DNA from: Candidatus Latescibacterota bacterium
GTDB lineage: Bacteria; Latescibacterota; UBA2968; SICM01
Direction: 5' to 3'
NCBI GenBank assembly: GCA_965217865.1
Contig: CBDCJO010000002.1
Location: 3,968,001 to 4,032,000 of the forward strand
DNA length: 64,000 bases
In this document: piece by piece, positions 41,142 to 51,015 of the stretch
Numbering within the stretch: position 1 is the first letter of the stretch
How the letters are laid out: each line of letters opens with the position of its first letter
Program-made: the position numbers and the translations under genes
The notes under the pieces: model-generated
Seen by the model: only the letters and a program-made list of their open reading frames with translations
Told to the model about the DNA's origin: nothing
Database searches by the model: none

Positions 41142-42368
41142 ATGAAAGAAGTTTTGTTCCCCGACTTTCCCGTTGAAGAGTATCGATCCCGCTACTCCCG
41201 CACCCAACAGGTTCTCAAACGGCGGGGGATCGATGCGCTCTTTTTGACCCAACGTCAGAACATGCGATACTTCGCCGGTGTTCGGGATGGTGCGTGGGAT
41301 GCCTATCACTTCTACTTTCTGGCCCTTCTTCCGGCCGAAGGCGAACCGGTCCTTCTGGTCCGAATCGGATTCCCCCAGATCGTGAAGCAGTCCTGGATCG
41401 AGGACGTGCGAGAATGGCAACCGGGCAGGGGGCTCTACATGTCCAAGGAATCGAACGCAATATCGGCGGTTCTGGATGTTCTGAGAGAGAAGCATCTCGA
41501 TCGGGGTGTCATCGGGATGGAGACGGGCCCTGAGGTTCACGTTCACATGGGCCATACCCACTTTACGTCTTTGCTCGAAGGCCTGAAGGGGGCTGAGATC
41601 GTGGACGGCAGCGACGCGATCTGGGAGGTGCGGAGCATCAAATCCGAGGCTGAGATCGATCGCATGCGAAAGGCCGCGGATATCACGGCGAGGGGTGTGA
41701 AGGCGGGATTCGAGGCCCTCAAGCCGGGGATGTCGGAGAAGGAGCTGGTCAATATCATGACCTCCGAGATGTGTTCCAGGGGGGCCAGCGAACAGCGATT
41801 CAACTCCCTGTATGCGGGCCCGCGTGCGATGTGGGCAGATGGTTCGCCGACGGACTATGTGATGGAGAAAGGGGATCTTGTTCAGTACGATGGGGGGTGT
41901 ATCTACGAGGGCTACTACTGCGACTTCAAGCGTATGGCATCGATCGGAGAACCCCGAGCCGATCAGAGACGATTCTATGAGCAGGCCAAGGCGGCATTGT
42001 TAGCGGCGATCGGGACGGTAAAGCCCGGTGCCCCGCTGAGCGCTCCGCTTCGAGCGGCCTTTGCAGTGAACGACGCAGCGGGATTCGGGTCATTCTCAAA
42101 GTGGTGTCTCGAGTCCGGGTGGTCTGCGATCGGCCATAGCCTGGGTCTGGATCTTCACGAGCAGCCGGGGTTGACTGCGTTCAATGAAGCGGAGATGCAG
42201 GAGAACATGGTGCTGTGTGTGGAACCGTTCATCACGTTGAACGGTGTGACGCCTTTCTATGAGGCGGAGGAAAAATTCGGACTTGAGGATGTGGTGGTTG
42301 TCACCAAGGACGGGGTTGAAACATTGACTTCGGAGGATAAGATTACTCACGATCTGTGGATCGCGTGA
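41142..42368 (+). CDS. M24 (Xaa-Pro peptidase/creatinase) family protein, copy 2
   Basis: Same length (408 aa) and nearly identical to copy 1. Confidence 0.92.
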   Translation: MKEVLFPDFPVEEYRSRYSRTQQVLKRRGIDALFLTQRQNMRYFAGVRDGAWDAYHFYFLALLPAEGEPVLLVRIGFPQIVKQSWIEDVREWQPGRGLYMSKESNAISAVLDVLREKHLDRGVIGMETGPEVHVHMGHTHFTSLLEGLKGAEIVDGSDAIWEVRSIKSEAEIDRMRKAADITARGVKAGFEALKPGMSEKELVNIMTSEMCSRGASEQRFNSLYAGPRAMWADGSPTDYVMEKGDLVQYDGGCIYEGYYCDFKRMASIGEPRADQRRFYEQAKAALLAAIGTVKPGAPLSAPLRAAFAVNDAAGFGSFSKWCLESGWSAIGHSLGLDLHEQPGLTAFNEAEMQENMVLCVEPFITLNGVTPFYEAEEKFGLEDVVVVTKDGVETLTSEDKITHDLWIA

Positions 42369-42507
42369 AAAGAGCCGGCAAACGTCAAACGTGAAACGTC
42401 AAATAAACCCGTGGATCGTGATTCGGGGATCGGAGAACCCGTGGTTCGTGCATCGTGATTCGGGAATCAGGAAAATCCAGGGATCGTGATTCCAGGACGC
42501 GTATGGG

Positions 42508-44208
42508 TTACAGTCCTGAGCTCGGATAACCGCGGTCCATCCGGAAGCCGTTGAGTTCCTCGATCCGCCACGAACGGGCAAACGGATCCGGTCCAAATCC
42601 ATACTCCTTCAGGGGTTCGTCGACCCAGTCGGCGAATTCTTCCGCCCATTGCCGCACCTGGCGGGAGTGACCCAGACGACGCATAAAGGTCCAGTCGTTG
42701 AGCCCCTGAACACCTCCCGCGTTCCAGAAGGCCACCCCGTCGAAGCCTGCCTGGTATATCCGATCTACATCCTTAATGAGTCCGATTCGCACACTCGGTG
42801 GGACATAGGTTTCGCCCGGGTCCGGAGCAAGGGGTATGGGGCATACCTTGAGGTTTGCGGAGCGCGCTTTCAGATCCAGGAAGAAATTCGGATCGAACGG
42901 CCCCCCGAAGTGTCCCGGCCATGGGAGCTTGTAGGGCACAAGCACGTCGACCAGTCCACGGTCGACCCAGCCGGACAGGTCGAGGCCGTATGTGAGGTTG
43001 AGCTCCGGATTCGCGAAGACGAAGGCGGTGACCTCCAATCGATCAAGTCCTTGGCGACGGGCAAGCTCATCCGTCAGGGCCCGGATTTCCGTCATAAACT
43101 CCGTCAGGGGTGCCGTGCGGTAATCCAGCCATTGTTTCCACTCAGGGGAGTTTTCATCCAGGGACCGGGGGTCCAGCCCGTGGCTTTTTTTGAAGCCCGC
43201 GACAAGCGGTTCCTCGAACAGGACGAAATAGGGGCCCCGGATGTAAGTCAGAGAAATTCCCTCCACTCCCAGGTCCACGCATTCCTCCGTGTATTCCCGG
43301 ATCATGTTGAGCGCCCTTTCCCGTACCTCAGGGAACGCATAGCTCAGGGTCATCAGGGGAACACCGTCCCGATCCTTTACCCGGAACTCCGGGTGGTCTC
43401 TGTATAGTGGTCCGGTCCAGACTTCGTCGTGAGGAGGATGGCCGCACCATCCGCCCACGCGGAAGGCCGGTTTGAACCCCCGGCCCATGTCGTGTAACCA
43501 GGTGCAGGCCTCCCTCAAGGGATTGACACCCGCCTGAATCATTCGGTCGATCCTGTAATCCGGTTTTCCAACACTCCCGCGCCAGATTCGCCCCAGACGG
43601 GTGTTGTAGCCCGTGATCTCCATGGTACCGTAGTCCCAGAACAGGTGACTGAAGTCACTTTCCCGGAAGATCTCCAGCCATCGACGGATTTCCTCCGCGT
43701 TTTCGGGAAACCCGGGGTCCACGTCGTTCAGGACCAGTTTGTCGGGAGGCCCATCATCCGGTAAGGAATCCAGGGGAACCAGACGCACCCAGGCCAGGGC
43801 TGCCCGTTTCTCCGCCCGGACAAAGAGGTCCTTCCCGGTGAGGTCGGCCGCCCGCCATAGGCCCTCCTGGACGGTGGGGAATTTCGTCCGGTTGTCCTGA
43901 GTGAGGACAGAGAAGCATGGATCATTGGTCAGTTTCAGACCGATGGCATTACCCGGGAACCGCCCCGACGGCCCGTGCGTGTCGTATAAGGCGACGTGGA
44001 ATGCGCAGGGGCCGCTCGCGTTCAGGGGGAACTTGACCTGAGGCAGGTCCGAGAAGTCGGGACTTCGGTCCCCGGTCGTCAAGGCCACGCCTTCCACACC
44101 GTTGACCTTGTAGGGTAAGATCCTCCAGCATCCCGGTCGTCCCTGGGAGGATAAGGCCCCCTTGGGCTCGCCCGAGGACCAGTCTTTGATCATGATCTCT
44201 TTTTTCAT
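42508..44208 (-). CDS. Glycoside hydrolase-like TIM-barrel protein (GHL10/DUF187-like)
   Basis: HPEFR...LSYAFPEVRE...VEGISLTYIR...GLDLSGWVDRGLVD pattern. Confidence 0.65.
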   Translation of the reverse strand: MKKEIMIKDWSSGEPKGALSSQGRPGCWRILPYKVNGVEGVALTTGDRSPDFSDLPQVKFPLNASGPCAFHVALYDTHGPSGRFPGNAIGLKLTNDPCFSVLTQDNRTKFPTVQEGLWRAADLTGKDLFVRAEKRAALAWVRLVPLDSLPDDGPPDKLVLNDVDPGFPENAEEIRRWLEIFRESDFSHLFWDYGTMEITGYNTRLGRIWRGSVGKPDYRIDRMIQAGVNPLREACTWLHDMGRGFKPAFRVGGWCGHPPHDEVWTGPLYRDHPEFRVKDRDGVPLMTLSYAFPEVRERALNMIREYTEECVDLGVEGISLTYIRGPYFVLFEEPLVAGFKKSHGLDPRSLDENSPEWKQWLDYRTAPLTEFMTEIRALTDELARRQGLDRLEVTAFVFANPELNLTYGLDLSGWVDRGLVDVLVPYKLPWPGHFGGPFDPNFFLDLKARSANLKVCPIPLAPDPGETYVPPSVRIGLIKDVDRIYQAGFDGVAFWNAGGVQGLNDWTFMRRLGHSRQVRQWAEEFADWVDEPLKEYGFGPDPFARSWRIEELNGFRMDRGYPSSGL

Positions 44209-44275
44209 GTGTTATCCTTTCGCGTCCGTCGACCTCTGACCATTGTCCATCGTCTATGGTCTATCGTCTCCTGCT

Positions 44276-45286
44276 TCACGAGCGGCTGAGTTCGGCCGTG
44301 TAGATCGAGCAGGGGGGAAGGCCGGTTCCGCTTCCCTCGTGACTGGAGTACCAGGACAACAGACCCCGGGTTTCATCGAGCTGGACAAATCCGGGGTAAG
44401 AATTGTCACCCCCGCTCGGCAGTTCGGCGATTTCCCGGAGCCGGTCGTCGACCATCCAGTAAAGCACGGTCCTGGGTTCCTTCGGATTTTTCATCTTCCT
44501 TCCACCGACCAGGTAAACCCCGTCCCACTTCGCGAGAAGCGGACCGCCGATGTCCCTGTCGAGATCCACACGGGTCCAGTCCCGGTATGGCGGGCTGGAC
44601 CGGCATATCTGAGCAGGCCGGGTCAGCTTTCCCCGTGCGACGGCCAGGATCGAGCCGTCTTCCTCGAACAGAAATGCGGTTTCGCTCCCGAATTCCTCCT
44701 GAAACAGTCCCACGGTTCGCCACACGAATCCATCATCGCTCTGTAAAAGAGCCGACTCAATCAGGGGTACCGCTTCCTCCTGTGTGGGGGTCCGAACGAA
44801 CTCCCGGATCCTCCGGCCGCAGAGGTAGGCCTTTTCCCCGAAGGAGGCCGCGCGCCAGATGTAATGGCCGTAGGTCCCCTCCAGAAATCGAGGGCCCTGC
44901 CAGGATTCTCCGTCGTCGCTCCATGCGCAGTAACCCAGATGGTCATTGATATCTCTGTAATCCGACCAGGTCTCGGGCGGTCGGGACGGATCGCAAGACC
45001 AGCAGCCGGCATAGACGAACAGTCTGTCGCTGAAGACTAGGAAATGCGGGTCCCGAACGTCGCGATTCGGAACACTGAACGTGTGGACCGTGTCCCATTC
45101 CGAGCCGTCTTCGCTGCTCATAACAGTGATCCACGAGGAGGGGAATACCTTATGGCCGTCCGGACAGGTGCGAAAGGTGAGATAGTACCTGCCCTTAAAA
45201 AGGCAAAGATCCGTAAAGGCGTTGTGGTTTCCGTCGTCAAAGACTCTGCGAACCGAATCGATCCGGAACGGAACAGGTGTACTCAT
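44276..45286 (-). CDS. Beta-propeller BNR/sialidase-like protein
   Basis: HNAFTDL, SEDGSEW, DVRDPH, SDDGESW, SDDGFVW, LPSGGDNSYPG and SWYSSHEG motifs. Confidence 0.75.
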   Translation of the reverse strand: MSTPVPFRIDSVRRVFDDGNHNAFTDLCLFKGRYYLTFRTCPDGHKVFPSSWITVMSSEDGSEWDTVHTFSVPNRDVRDPHFLVFSDRLFVYAGCWSCDPSRPPETWSDYRDINDHLGYCAWSDDGESWQGPRFLEGTYGHYIWRAASFGEKAYLCGRRIREFVRTPTQEEAVPLIESALLQSDDGFVWRTVGLFQEEFGSETAFLFEEDGSILAVARGKLTRPAQICRSSPPYRDWTRVDLDRDIGGPLLAKWDGVYLVGGRKMKNPKEPRTVLYWMVDDRLREIAELPSGGDNSYPGFVQLDETRGLLSWYSSHEGSGTGLPPCSIYTAELSRS

Positions 45287-45415
45287 GGATGCACCTCATT
45301 TGTGAAGGACCGTCAAACGTGAGACGTGAGACGTGAGAACGGGAAAGGCAGTAGCAGTGGCAGGACCGGATCCTGACCCCACCGATTCACGATTCACGAA
45401 CGACGATTCACGGTT

Positions 45416-46222
45416 TTACTTCCACACGCTGAATCCGCCGTCCACGACGAGATTGTGACCTGTGACATAGTCGGAGGCGGCGGATGCGAGAAAGAGGGCT
45501 GCGCCCTTGATGTCCACGCCCATTCGGCCCCAGCGACCGAGCATGGCGGCATCGGCGAAATCCCCTGTAAATTGCTCGGGGAGATCTCCCGGTTTTAGGA
45601 ATCCTCCCGGCGAAAGCGCGTTCACATAAACACCCTTCGGCGAAAGCAATCCGGCGAGATCTCGCGTCAGGCCCATCACGCCTGATTTTGCGGCGGCGTA
45701 GTCGATGGGTTGACCCTTCATGCCGCTTCTTTCATACATCCGACGGTCACGTCCGATAAGGCCGGCAATGGATGCGATATTGATGATTTTTCCGCGTCCC
45801 TGTGCCACCATATAACGGGCGGCCTCCTTGCAGCAGAAAAGGACCCCGGTCAGGTTTGCAACGATCAGATCCGCCTCGTGCTCGGGATCACGCTCGAATA
45901 GATGAGCAACGCTCTTTCTGGAGTCCCCGCCCGCATTATTGATGAGGATGTCGATGTGTCCCTTCCAGGCTTGGGCCTTTTCGACCATCGATTTGACCTG
46001 ATCGTGACGGCACTGATCCATCTCTAAACCCAGGGCCTCCACCTCGTGTTCTTTTGCGATCTTTTCGGCCGCCTCTTCTGCCCGCGACAAGCTCCGCGAT
46101 GTGATGATGACGTGGCTGCCGGCCTCCGCCATGGCGCACGCCATGTCATAACCGAGCCAGGCATAAGCCCCGGTCACGATGGCTACCTGGCCGTTCAGTC
46201 GGAACATATCCAAGACGTTCAT
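45416..46222 (-). CDS. SDR oxidoreductase (gluconate 5-dehydrogenase-like)
   Basis: TGAYAWLG, INNAG, YAAAK and VTGHNLVVDGG motifs. Confidence 0.92.
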   Translation of the reverse strand: MNVLDMFRLNGQVAIVTGAYAWLGYDMACAMAEAGSHVIITSRSLSRAEEAAEKIAKEHEVEALGLEMDQCRHDQVKSMVEKAQAWKGHIDILINNAGGDSRKSVAHLFERDPEHEADLIVANLTGVLFCCKEAARYMVAQGRGKIINIASIAGLIGRDRRMYERSGMKGQPIDYAAAKSGVMGLTRDLAGLLSPKGVYVNALSPGGFLKPGDLPEQFTGDFADAAMLGRWGRMGVDIKGAALFLASAASDYVTGHNLVVDGGFSVWK

Positions 46223-46239
46223 AGGGTGTCCTTCCCGCA

Positions 46240-47535
46240 TCAAGCATAATGACGGATCGTGGCACGGAGCGCCTCCACCTCGTGTTCTACCTTATCGAGT
46301 GTCTGCATGCTGGTCTTGAACCAGCACATACGCTTTCGGAATGACTCGACGAGGGGATAATCATCCGGACTGTAGCCTTTGACACTCCCTTTGTATCGAG
46401 GATCGAAATGGGGGGCACGTTCCCGGGGTCCATAAAAGGCCATGGTTTTAAAGATGGGTTCGCGATGAGTCGGAAGACAACTGCCGTAGAGTCCGTCACC
46501 CCCTTTTTCGATAAATGTCTTTCGGAAGGTGCGCCAATCAAAACCCAGGGCATCTTCGTCCAGGAGGCAGGCATAAATAAAATAGGAATGGGTCGTACCC
46601 TCCGGCACAAAGGGCGGTATAAGCCAATCACACCTTTCCTCACGGATCACGGATTCGTACCGGTGGGCGATGTAGCGACGCGCGGCGACCAGGTAATCGA
46701 GCCGTTCGAGTTGGGCCATGCCGAGTGCGGCCTGGACGGCGGACATTCGAAAATTATATCCCAAACGGTCGAACCGCTCGAAGTTCCAGTCCTGGCGCTC
46801 ATCCCGCGGGATCATGGTCGCACCGGGTTTCGCCGTAAGCGTTCGAAAGCCCAAGACCGCGGCCTTGCGGATCTCAGTCCCATAGGCTTCGTCTGTCGTG
46901 ATCACCATCCCGCCGTCGGCAGCGGTGGTCATGTGCTTCGAGCCCTGAAAGCTGAAACTTGCGGCGTGACCGATCGTTCCGACGAGCCGGCCTTTGTAAG
47001 TCGCCAGGTAACACTGCGCGTTGTCCTCGATGACCGTCAGGTTGTGTCGCGACGCAAGGTCCATGATCGGATCAAAATCGACCGGAAGCCCAAAGAGACA
47101 AACGGGAATGATGGCCTTTGTCAGGGAGGTGATCTTACGTTCGACATCGGCCGGATCCAAGTTAAAGGTGCGTGGATCGGAGTCCACAAAGACCGGCACC
47201 GCCCCGGCATGAACCGTGACAAAGGCACAGGCGGGCATGGTAAAGGTCGGAACGATCACTTCATCCCCTGGACCCACACCTGCGGCCAAAAGACAGGACA
47301 GCATGGTACCGGTCCCCGAGTTGTGCGTGATGGCATACGGCACCCCGAATTTTTCAGCAAAAGCCGCTTCGAAGCGGCCCAGCATATTCGCGGATTCCCA
47401 GTTGCCGAATCCAAAGTCGAGCACTTCGCCGATATAGCGCCGGTCGGTTTCCCCGACGCGGGTGGGGGGAAGGTGGTTGTAGATTTCGGCAGGATCCAAC
47501 TCCCCTGGATCTCGTGTCACGAGGGAGCTGATCAT
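46240..47535 (-). CDS. DegT/DnrJ/EryC1/StrS aminotransferase, paralog of 8795..10099
   Basis: HNSGTGTM, IEDNAQC and SFSFQGSKHMT motifs; colinear with copy 1. Confidence 0.92.
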   Translation of the reverse strand: MISSLVTRDPGELDPAEIYNHLPPTRVGETDRRYIGEVLDFGFGNWESANMLGRFEAAFAEKFGVPYAITHNSGTGTMLSCLLAAGVGPGDEVIVPTFTMPACAFVTVHAGAVPVFVDSDPRTFNLDPADVERKITSLTKAIIPVCLFGLPVDFDPIMDLASRHNLTVIEDNAQCYLATYKGRLVGTIGHAASFSFQGSKHMTTAADGGMVITTDEAYGTEIRKAAVLGFRTLTAKPGATMIPRDERQDWNFERFDRLGYNFRMSAVQAALGMAQLERLDYLVAARRYIAHRYESVIREERCDWLIPPFVPEGTTHSYFIYACLLDEDALGFDWRTFRKTFIEKGGDGLYGSCLPTHREPIFKTMAFYGPRERAPHFDPRYKGSVKGYSPDDYPLVESFRKRMCWFKTSMQTLDKVEHEVEALRATIRHYA

Positions 47536-47583
47536 CGGTTTCTCCTTCCATTAAGATTCATCCCAGAAGGGATCGATCCCGGA

Positions 47584-48729
47584 TCAGTTGGGCGAAAGGA
47601 TCGTGCACTGAAGGCTGAAGTAGTAATCCCAGTCGACCGGGTGTCCCGTGCGTTCCTTTCCGCGATCGATCACCTGGCTGACCACAAAGTATCGTCCATC
47701 CCCGAGAGGGACCATGGTAGGCTCATCAGATGGGATGGCCTCGGTGACCCCGTCCAGAGGCGGAATCTCCACGTCCCGTTGCCACGTCTCCCCGGCGTCA
47801 TCGCTGATGAACAGCACGTTGAACGTCCTCCGGTCCCGTTTGCGATAGATCTCGCTCCCATCCGCGTTTCCCTCGCCTCCCACTACAAGCAGGAGCCGAC
47901 TGTCGGGGGTTTCCCACAGGTCCGGCATTTTTCCCTGGACTCCGATCGTGGGTTTGGCTATAGACCAGGTCTTCCCTCCGTCGGTCGAACGGGTCATCCC
48001 GAAGGTCCGTCCCGGCTTCTGTCCGGGCATTCCCCGGATGATGGCGAGGAAGGTCCCGTCGTGCAGCTCCAGAAGGTTCATCTCCGAGGTCCAGTCCACG
48101 TCCACCGGCTCGAAAGGATCCCAGGTCCAACCGCCGTTCCGGGAACGGAAGAAACCGGGGGAAGACTTTTTACCGTCGATACCCTCTTCCGGATATTTGA
48201 TATACGCGGGGAGCAGCAGGTCCCCGGATTGGAGCTCGAGGATCCTGCCGAATCGCATGATCCCACCCCGCGGGGGGGGACCTCCAACAGAGACGTTGAC
48301 CCAGGTTTGCCCGTGGTCCCCGGACCGGAGGCAGTGGATGCGGCGTAGATTTTTCGGCGAGCGAAGATCATACAATCCGATGACATTGGATTCCCCGTCC
48401 CCATCGGTAGAGGTCCCGGGCGGGTCCTCCCGTTTGGGGACGATGTTGTATCCCGCAGGGAGAAGGATCGTGCCGTCTCCCATCGTCATCATCCCGACGC
48501 AGGAGGTGATCGTGACCCGCGGATCGGGTGAGCGCCAGACGAGCTCGGGTTGGGACCATGTGCGTCCCTCGTCCCGGGACCGGACGACCCTGAGCTCGCC
48601 CCCGCGCGGGAACGGCTCCCAGCAGGTCGAATAGGCACAGAGCAGTTCTCCCACGGCCGATACCGTCACCTCCGGCATTGAGGCGGGCGGATCAACAACG
48701 GGGGCGTTGAATTCAATTCGGTAGTCCAT
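47584..48729 (-). CDS. BNR/Asp-box sialidase-fold protein, paralog of 10204..11361
   Basis: Five Asp-boxes; shares WEPFPRG, QGKMPDLWETPD and DRGKERTGHPVD with copy 1. Confidence 0.85.
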   Translation of the reverse strand: MDYRIEFNAPVVDPPASMPEVTVSAVGELLCAYSTCWEPFPRGGELRVVRSRDEGRTWSQPELVWRSPDPRVTITSCVGMMTMGDGTILLPAGYNIVPKREDPPGTSTDGDGESNVIGLYDLRSPKNLRRIHCLRSGDHGQTWVNVSVGGPPPRGGIMRFGRILELQSGDLLLPAYIKYPEEGIDGKKSSPGFFRSRNGGWTWDPFEPVDVDWTSEMNLLELHDGTFLAIIRGMPGQKPGRTFGMTRSTDGGKTWSIAKPTIGVQGKMPDLWETPDSRLLLVVGGEGNADGSEIYRKRDRRTFNVLFISDDAGETWQRDVEIPPLDGVTEAIPSDEPTMVPLGDGRYFVVSQVIDRGKERTGHPVDWDYYFSLQCTILSPN

Positions 48730-48800
48730 CCGGGTTCCTCCTGATTTGATGTAGTACGGAAATATGAGGTGATCTCTGATGATTGTGGCTTCCCTTTACG

Positions 48801-48908
48801 CTCGCCACTCCCAAATTCATTGAATATTGAATATCGGAAAATTGAATATTTGAACAATTCACGACATTCTTGGGGGTGCTCCAATATTCAATCTTCAATA
48901 TTCAATTT
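48801..48908. repeat. Inverted heptamer cassette (AATATTG)n...(CAATATT/CAATCTT)n
   Basis: About 55 bp match 61410..61467 in reverse complement. Confidence 0.8.
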
Positions 48909-51015
48909 CCTCTTGCCCCTGTTTGGCTGCCTCCTCCGTTCCGAGTCTCCTGAGGTCGATCGTCCAACCGTCTGATTCCCGGACGGCAAATCGCGGTTCG
49001 GACAGCCGGTCCAAGAGATCCGGCCTCGCCTTGAGCTTGTATATTCCCTCTACGAGCTCATACGGGGTAACGATTTCCCGCTCGGCCTGAAGCAAGCACC
49101 CGTACAGCACGAGTACATCCTCGTTACCAACAGCATAGCGGAATAATTCATAAACCTGCTGTGCCGTTGTCACGGGAAGTTCGGAACGATAATCCAGGTC
49201 AAAATTACGAGGCTCTCCGTTTCGCTGAAATACCAGGATCTTTGGATGATCGAACCGCCGCCAGGTTACGTCCGTGCTGCTGTCGTCGAAAGGGATACCC
49301 AGGAAGGTAGGCGTGACCCGGAACTCTCGGACGAGGGTGTGGCCGAAACTTCCGTCCATGAGCTTATCGTAATACATCGTCGCGAAGGGTCGGCGGCCCC
49401 GGGCAGCCAGGCGGTCATCGGAAATTACAAGATAGTTCGTGTTCGCAACATAGAGTTGGTAGAACGCCGAGGTATAGTAATTGAATCTTATCAAGACGGT
49501 AGGACGGACTATAGCCATGTGGTGGTCGACGTCCAGTGTCCGAGGAATTAAGTCTTTTTCGGAGAGGAGTTCCCGCATTCCATTGTGCCCCTGTTCCAGG
49601 AGCATAACCGATCCCTTGGGAATGTTGTGGGAGATCCATCGAGCGGCCTCGGTCCGAACGTCGGATCGCTGATAGATCCCCGCAAATGCTGCGCCATAAC
49701 CCAATGTGTAGAGACAGACAACCGAGGCGAAGGCGATACCGACGATCCGCAATGTCCGAGTCCCTGCACCGCAGACATCCACAAGGAAACGTGCGGATAA
49801 GATGGCCACGAAGGGGATCCACAGGACAAAATACCGGAAATACTTCCCCTGAGATCGCCCCGTTGCAAGGAAGTATAAAACTACGAAAGACAGTATCAAA
49901 AGATCCTCCCGGCGATGACGATATCCAGCCCAACCTATGCCCGCAAAGACCGCGATCTCCATGGGGATGCCCATCCTGGCCGGGAAGAGGTTTGTGACAT
50001 AGTAGGAGTACGCGGGTGTTCCTTCGAAGTGAAACGATCCCCGCATCAGGTTCTTTCCCATGTTGACCAGGATGGCGTTGGTCGCGGTCAACATATTTTC
50101 GGGATCGAAATAATCGGCAAAACGAAGAATCGAAGAGGGCGCAAGAACGATGAACAGAGCGATGCACGCTCCCAGGGATAGGTAGATTCTGATGTCCAAC
50201 AGGGCTCTGAGGAAAGACCGCAAGTCGGGTTTCCCGGTTTCACCTTCAGGATTCCTCTCCGTCCCCTTAAAGATGTTCACCAAATGAGCGACTCCAAGGG
50301 GCACGAACATTCCAAGCGCATTCAATTTGGTCGCGCAGGCGACTCCGATCCATCCCCCCGATATCAGGTAGTCTACGGGTTTCCCCCTATCGGCAACCGA
50401 CAAGAACGTGAGAAAAGCGACGGTCATCCAGAGGGTCACCAGGACATCGACGGTGCAGAAATGGGATGATTGGATGTGAAGCGGGGTCATGGCCAGGAGA
50501 AAAGCGGCGATGAGTCCCGCGGAACGTCCATAGCACCGCGTGCCAATCAGATAGGTAAAAAGGATCGTCAGGGTTCCTGCGACCGCGGAGAGGCAGCGAC
50601 CGGCCAGGCGTGTCAAATTTGAATCTCGGAAATCCTGAAGGTTAAAGAGGTCAAAACCCGCGACCCAGGAAAGTGGCTTCCCGACCAGCCAGAAGAGATA
50701 CATGAAAACAGGACCATAAACAGAGTAGATCCTTTCCTCTCCGTCGATCGTGTGATGGGGATGGATCGATTGGCTCAAGCTTTTCGTCGCAAGGGTCAGA
50801 AAGTTTGCGTCGGGATGAAATCCTGCACCCTGGATGGAGAGCTCCAAGCCGTCCACACGAAAGCCCTGTAACGAGGCGATCCCCCAGTCAATACCCGTAA
50901 ATCGAAGGATCGCGCCGAGGAGCATGATCAACAGGAGAGGGGTAACTGTTCGCAGGTTTGAGATGCGTTTCACATCCATCACCAGATTGATAAGCCTTTT
51001 GTGGGTCCGCTTCAT
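48895..51015 (-). CDS. GT39/ArnT-like (GT-C) membrane glycosyltransferase
   Basis: Multi-TM; LRFTGIDWG, FHPD, YGP, GRCLSAVAG, QSSHFCTVD, ATK and FDHPKI motifs. Confidence 0.85.
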   Translation of the reverse strand: MKRTHKRLINLVMDVKRISNLRTVTPLLLIMLLGAILRFTGIDWGIASLQGFRVDGLELSIQGAGFHPDANFLTLATKSLSQSIHPHHTIDGEERIYSVYGPVFMYLFWLVGKPLSWVAGFDLFNLQDFRDSNLTRLAGRCLSAVAGTLTILFTYLIGTRCYGRSAGLIAAFLLAMTPLHIQSSHFCTVDVLVTLWMTVAFLTFLSVADRGKPVDYLISGGWIGVACATKLNALGMFVPLGVAHLVNIFKGTERNPEGETGKPDLRSFLRALLDIRIYLSLGACIALFIVLAPSSILRFADYFDPENMLTATNAILVNMGKNLMRGSFHFEGTPAYSYYVTNLFPARMGIPMEIAVFAGIGWAGYRHRREDLLILSFVVLYFLATGRSQGKYFRYFVLWIPFVAILSARFLVDVCGAGTRTLRIVGIAFASVVCLYTLGYGAAFAGIYQRSDVRTEAARWISHNIPKGSVMLLEQGHNGMRELLSEKDLIPRTLDVDHHMAIVRPTVLIRFNYYTSAFYQLYVANTNYLVISDDRLAARGRRPFATMYYDKLMDGSFGHTLVREFRVTPTFLGIPFDDSSTDVTWRRFDHPKILVFQRNGEPRNFDLDYRSELPVTTAQQVYELFRYAVGNEDVLVLYGCLLQAEREIVTPYELVEGIYKLKARPDLLDRLSEPRFAVRESDGWTIDLRRLGTEEAAKQGQEEIEY

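Noticed and set aside
23550-42368. DGR hypothesis (Avd-like protein plus near-identical M24 copies or the 249-bp repeat as TR/VR)
   Set aside because: No reverse transcriptase is present in the window, and the differences between copies are not adenine-specific (e.g. TCG>CAA, CTG>CCG, TTC>CTC).
46408-48348. Long antisense ORFs (646 aa here; also 13896..15290, 29898..31208, 59844..61052)
   Set aside because: These are shadow ORFs opposite well-supported genes in GC-rich DNA and have no recognisable motifs.
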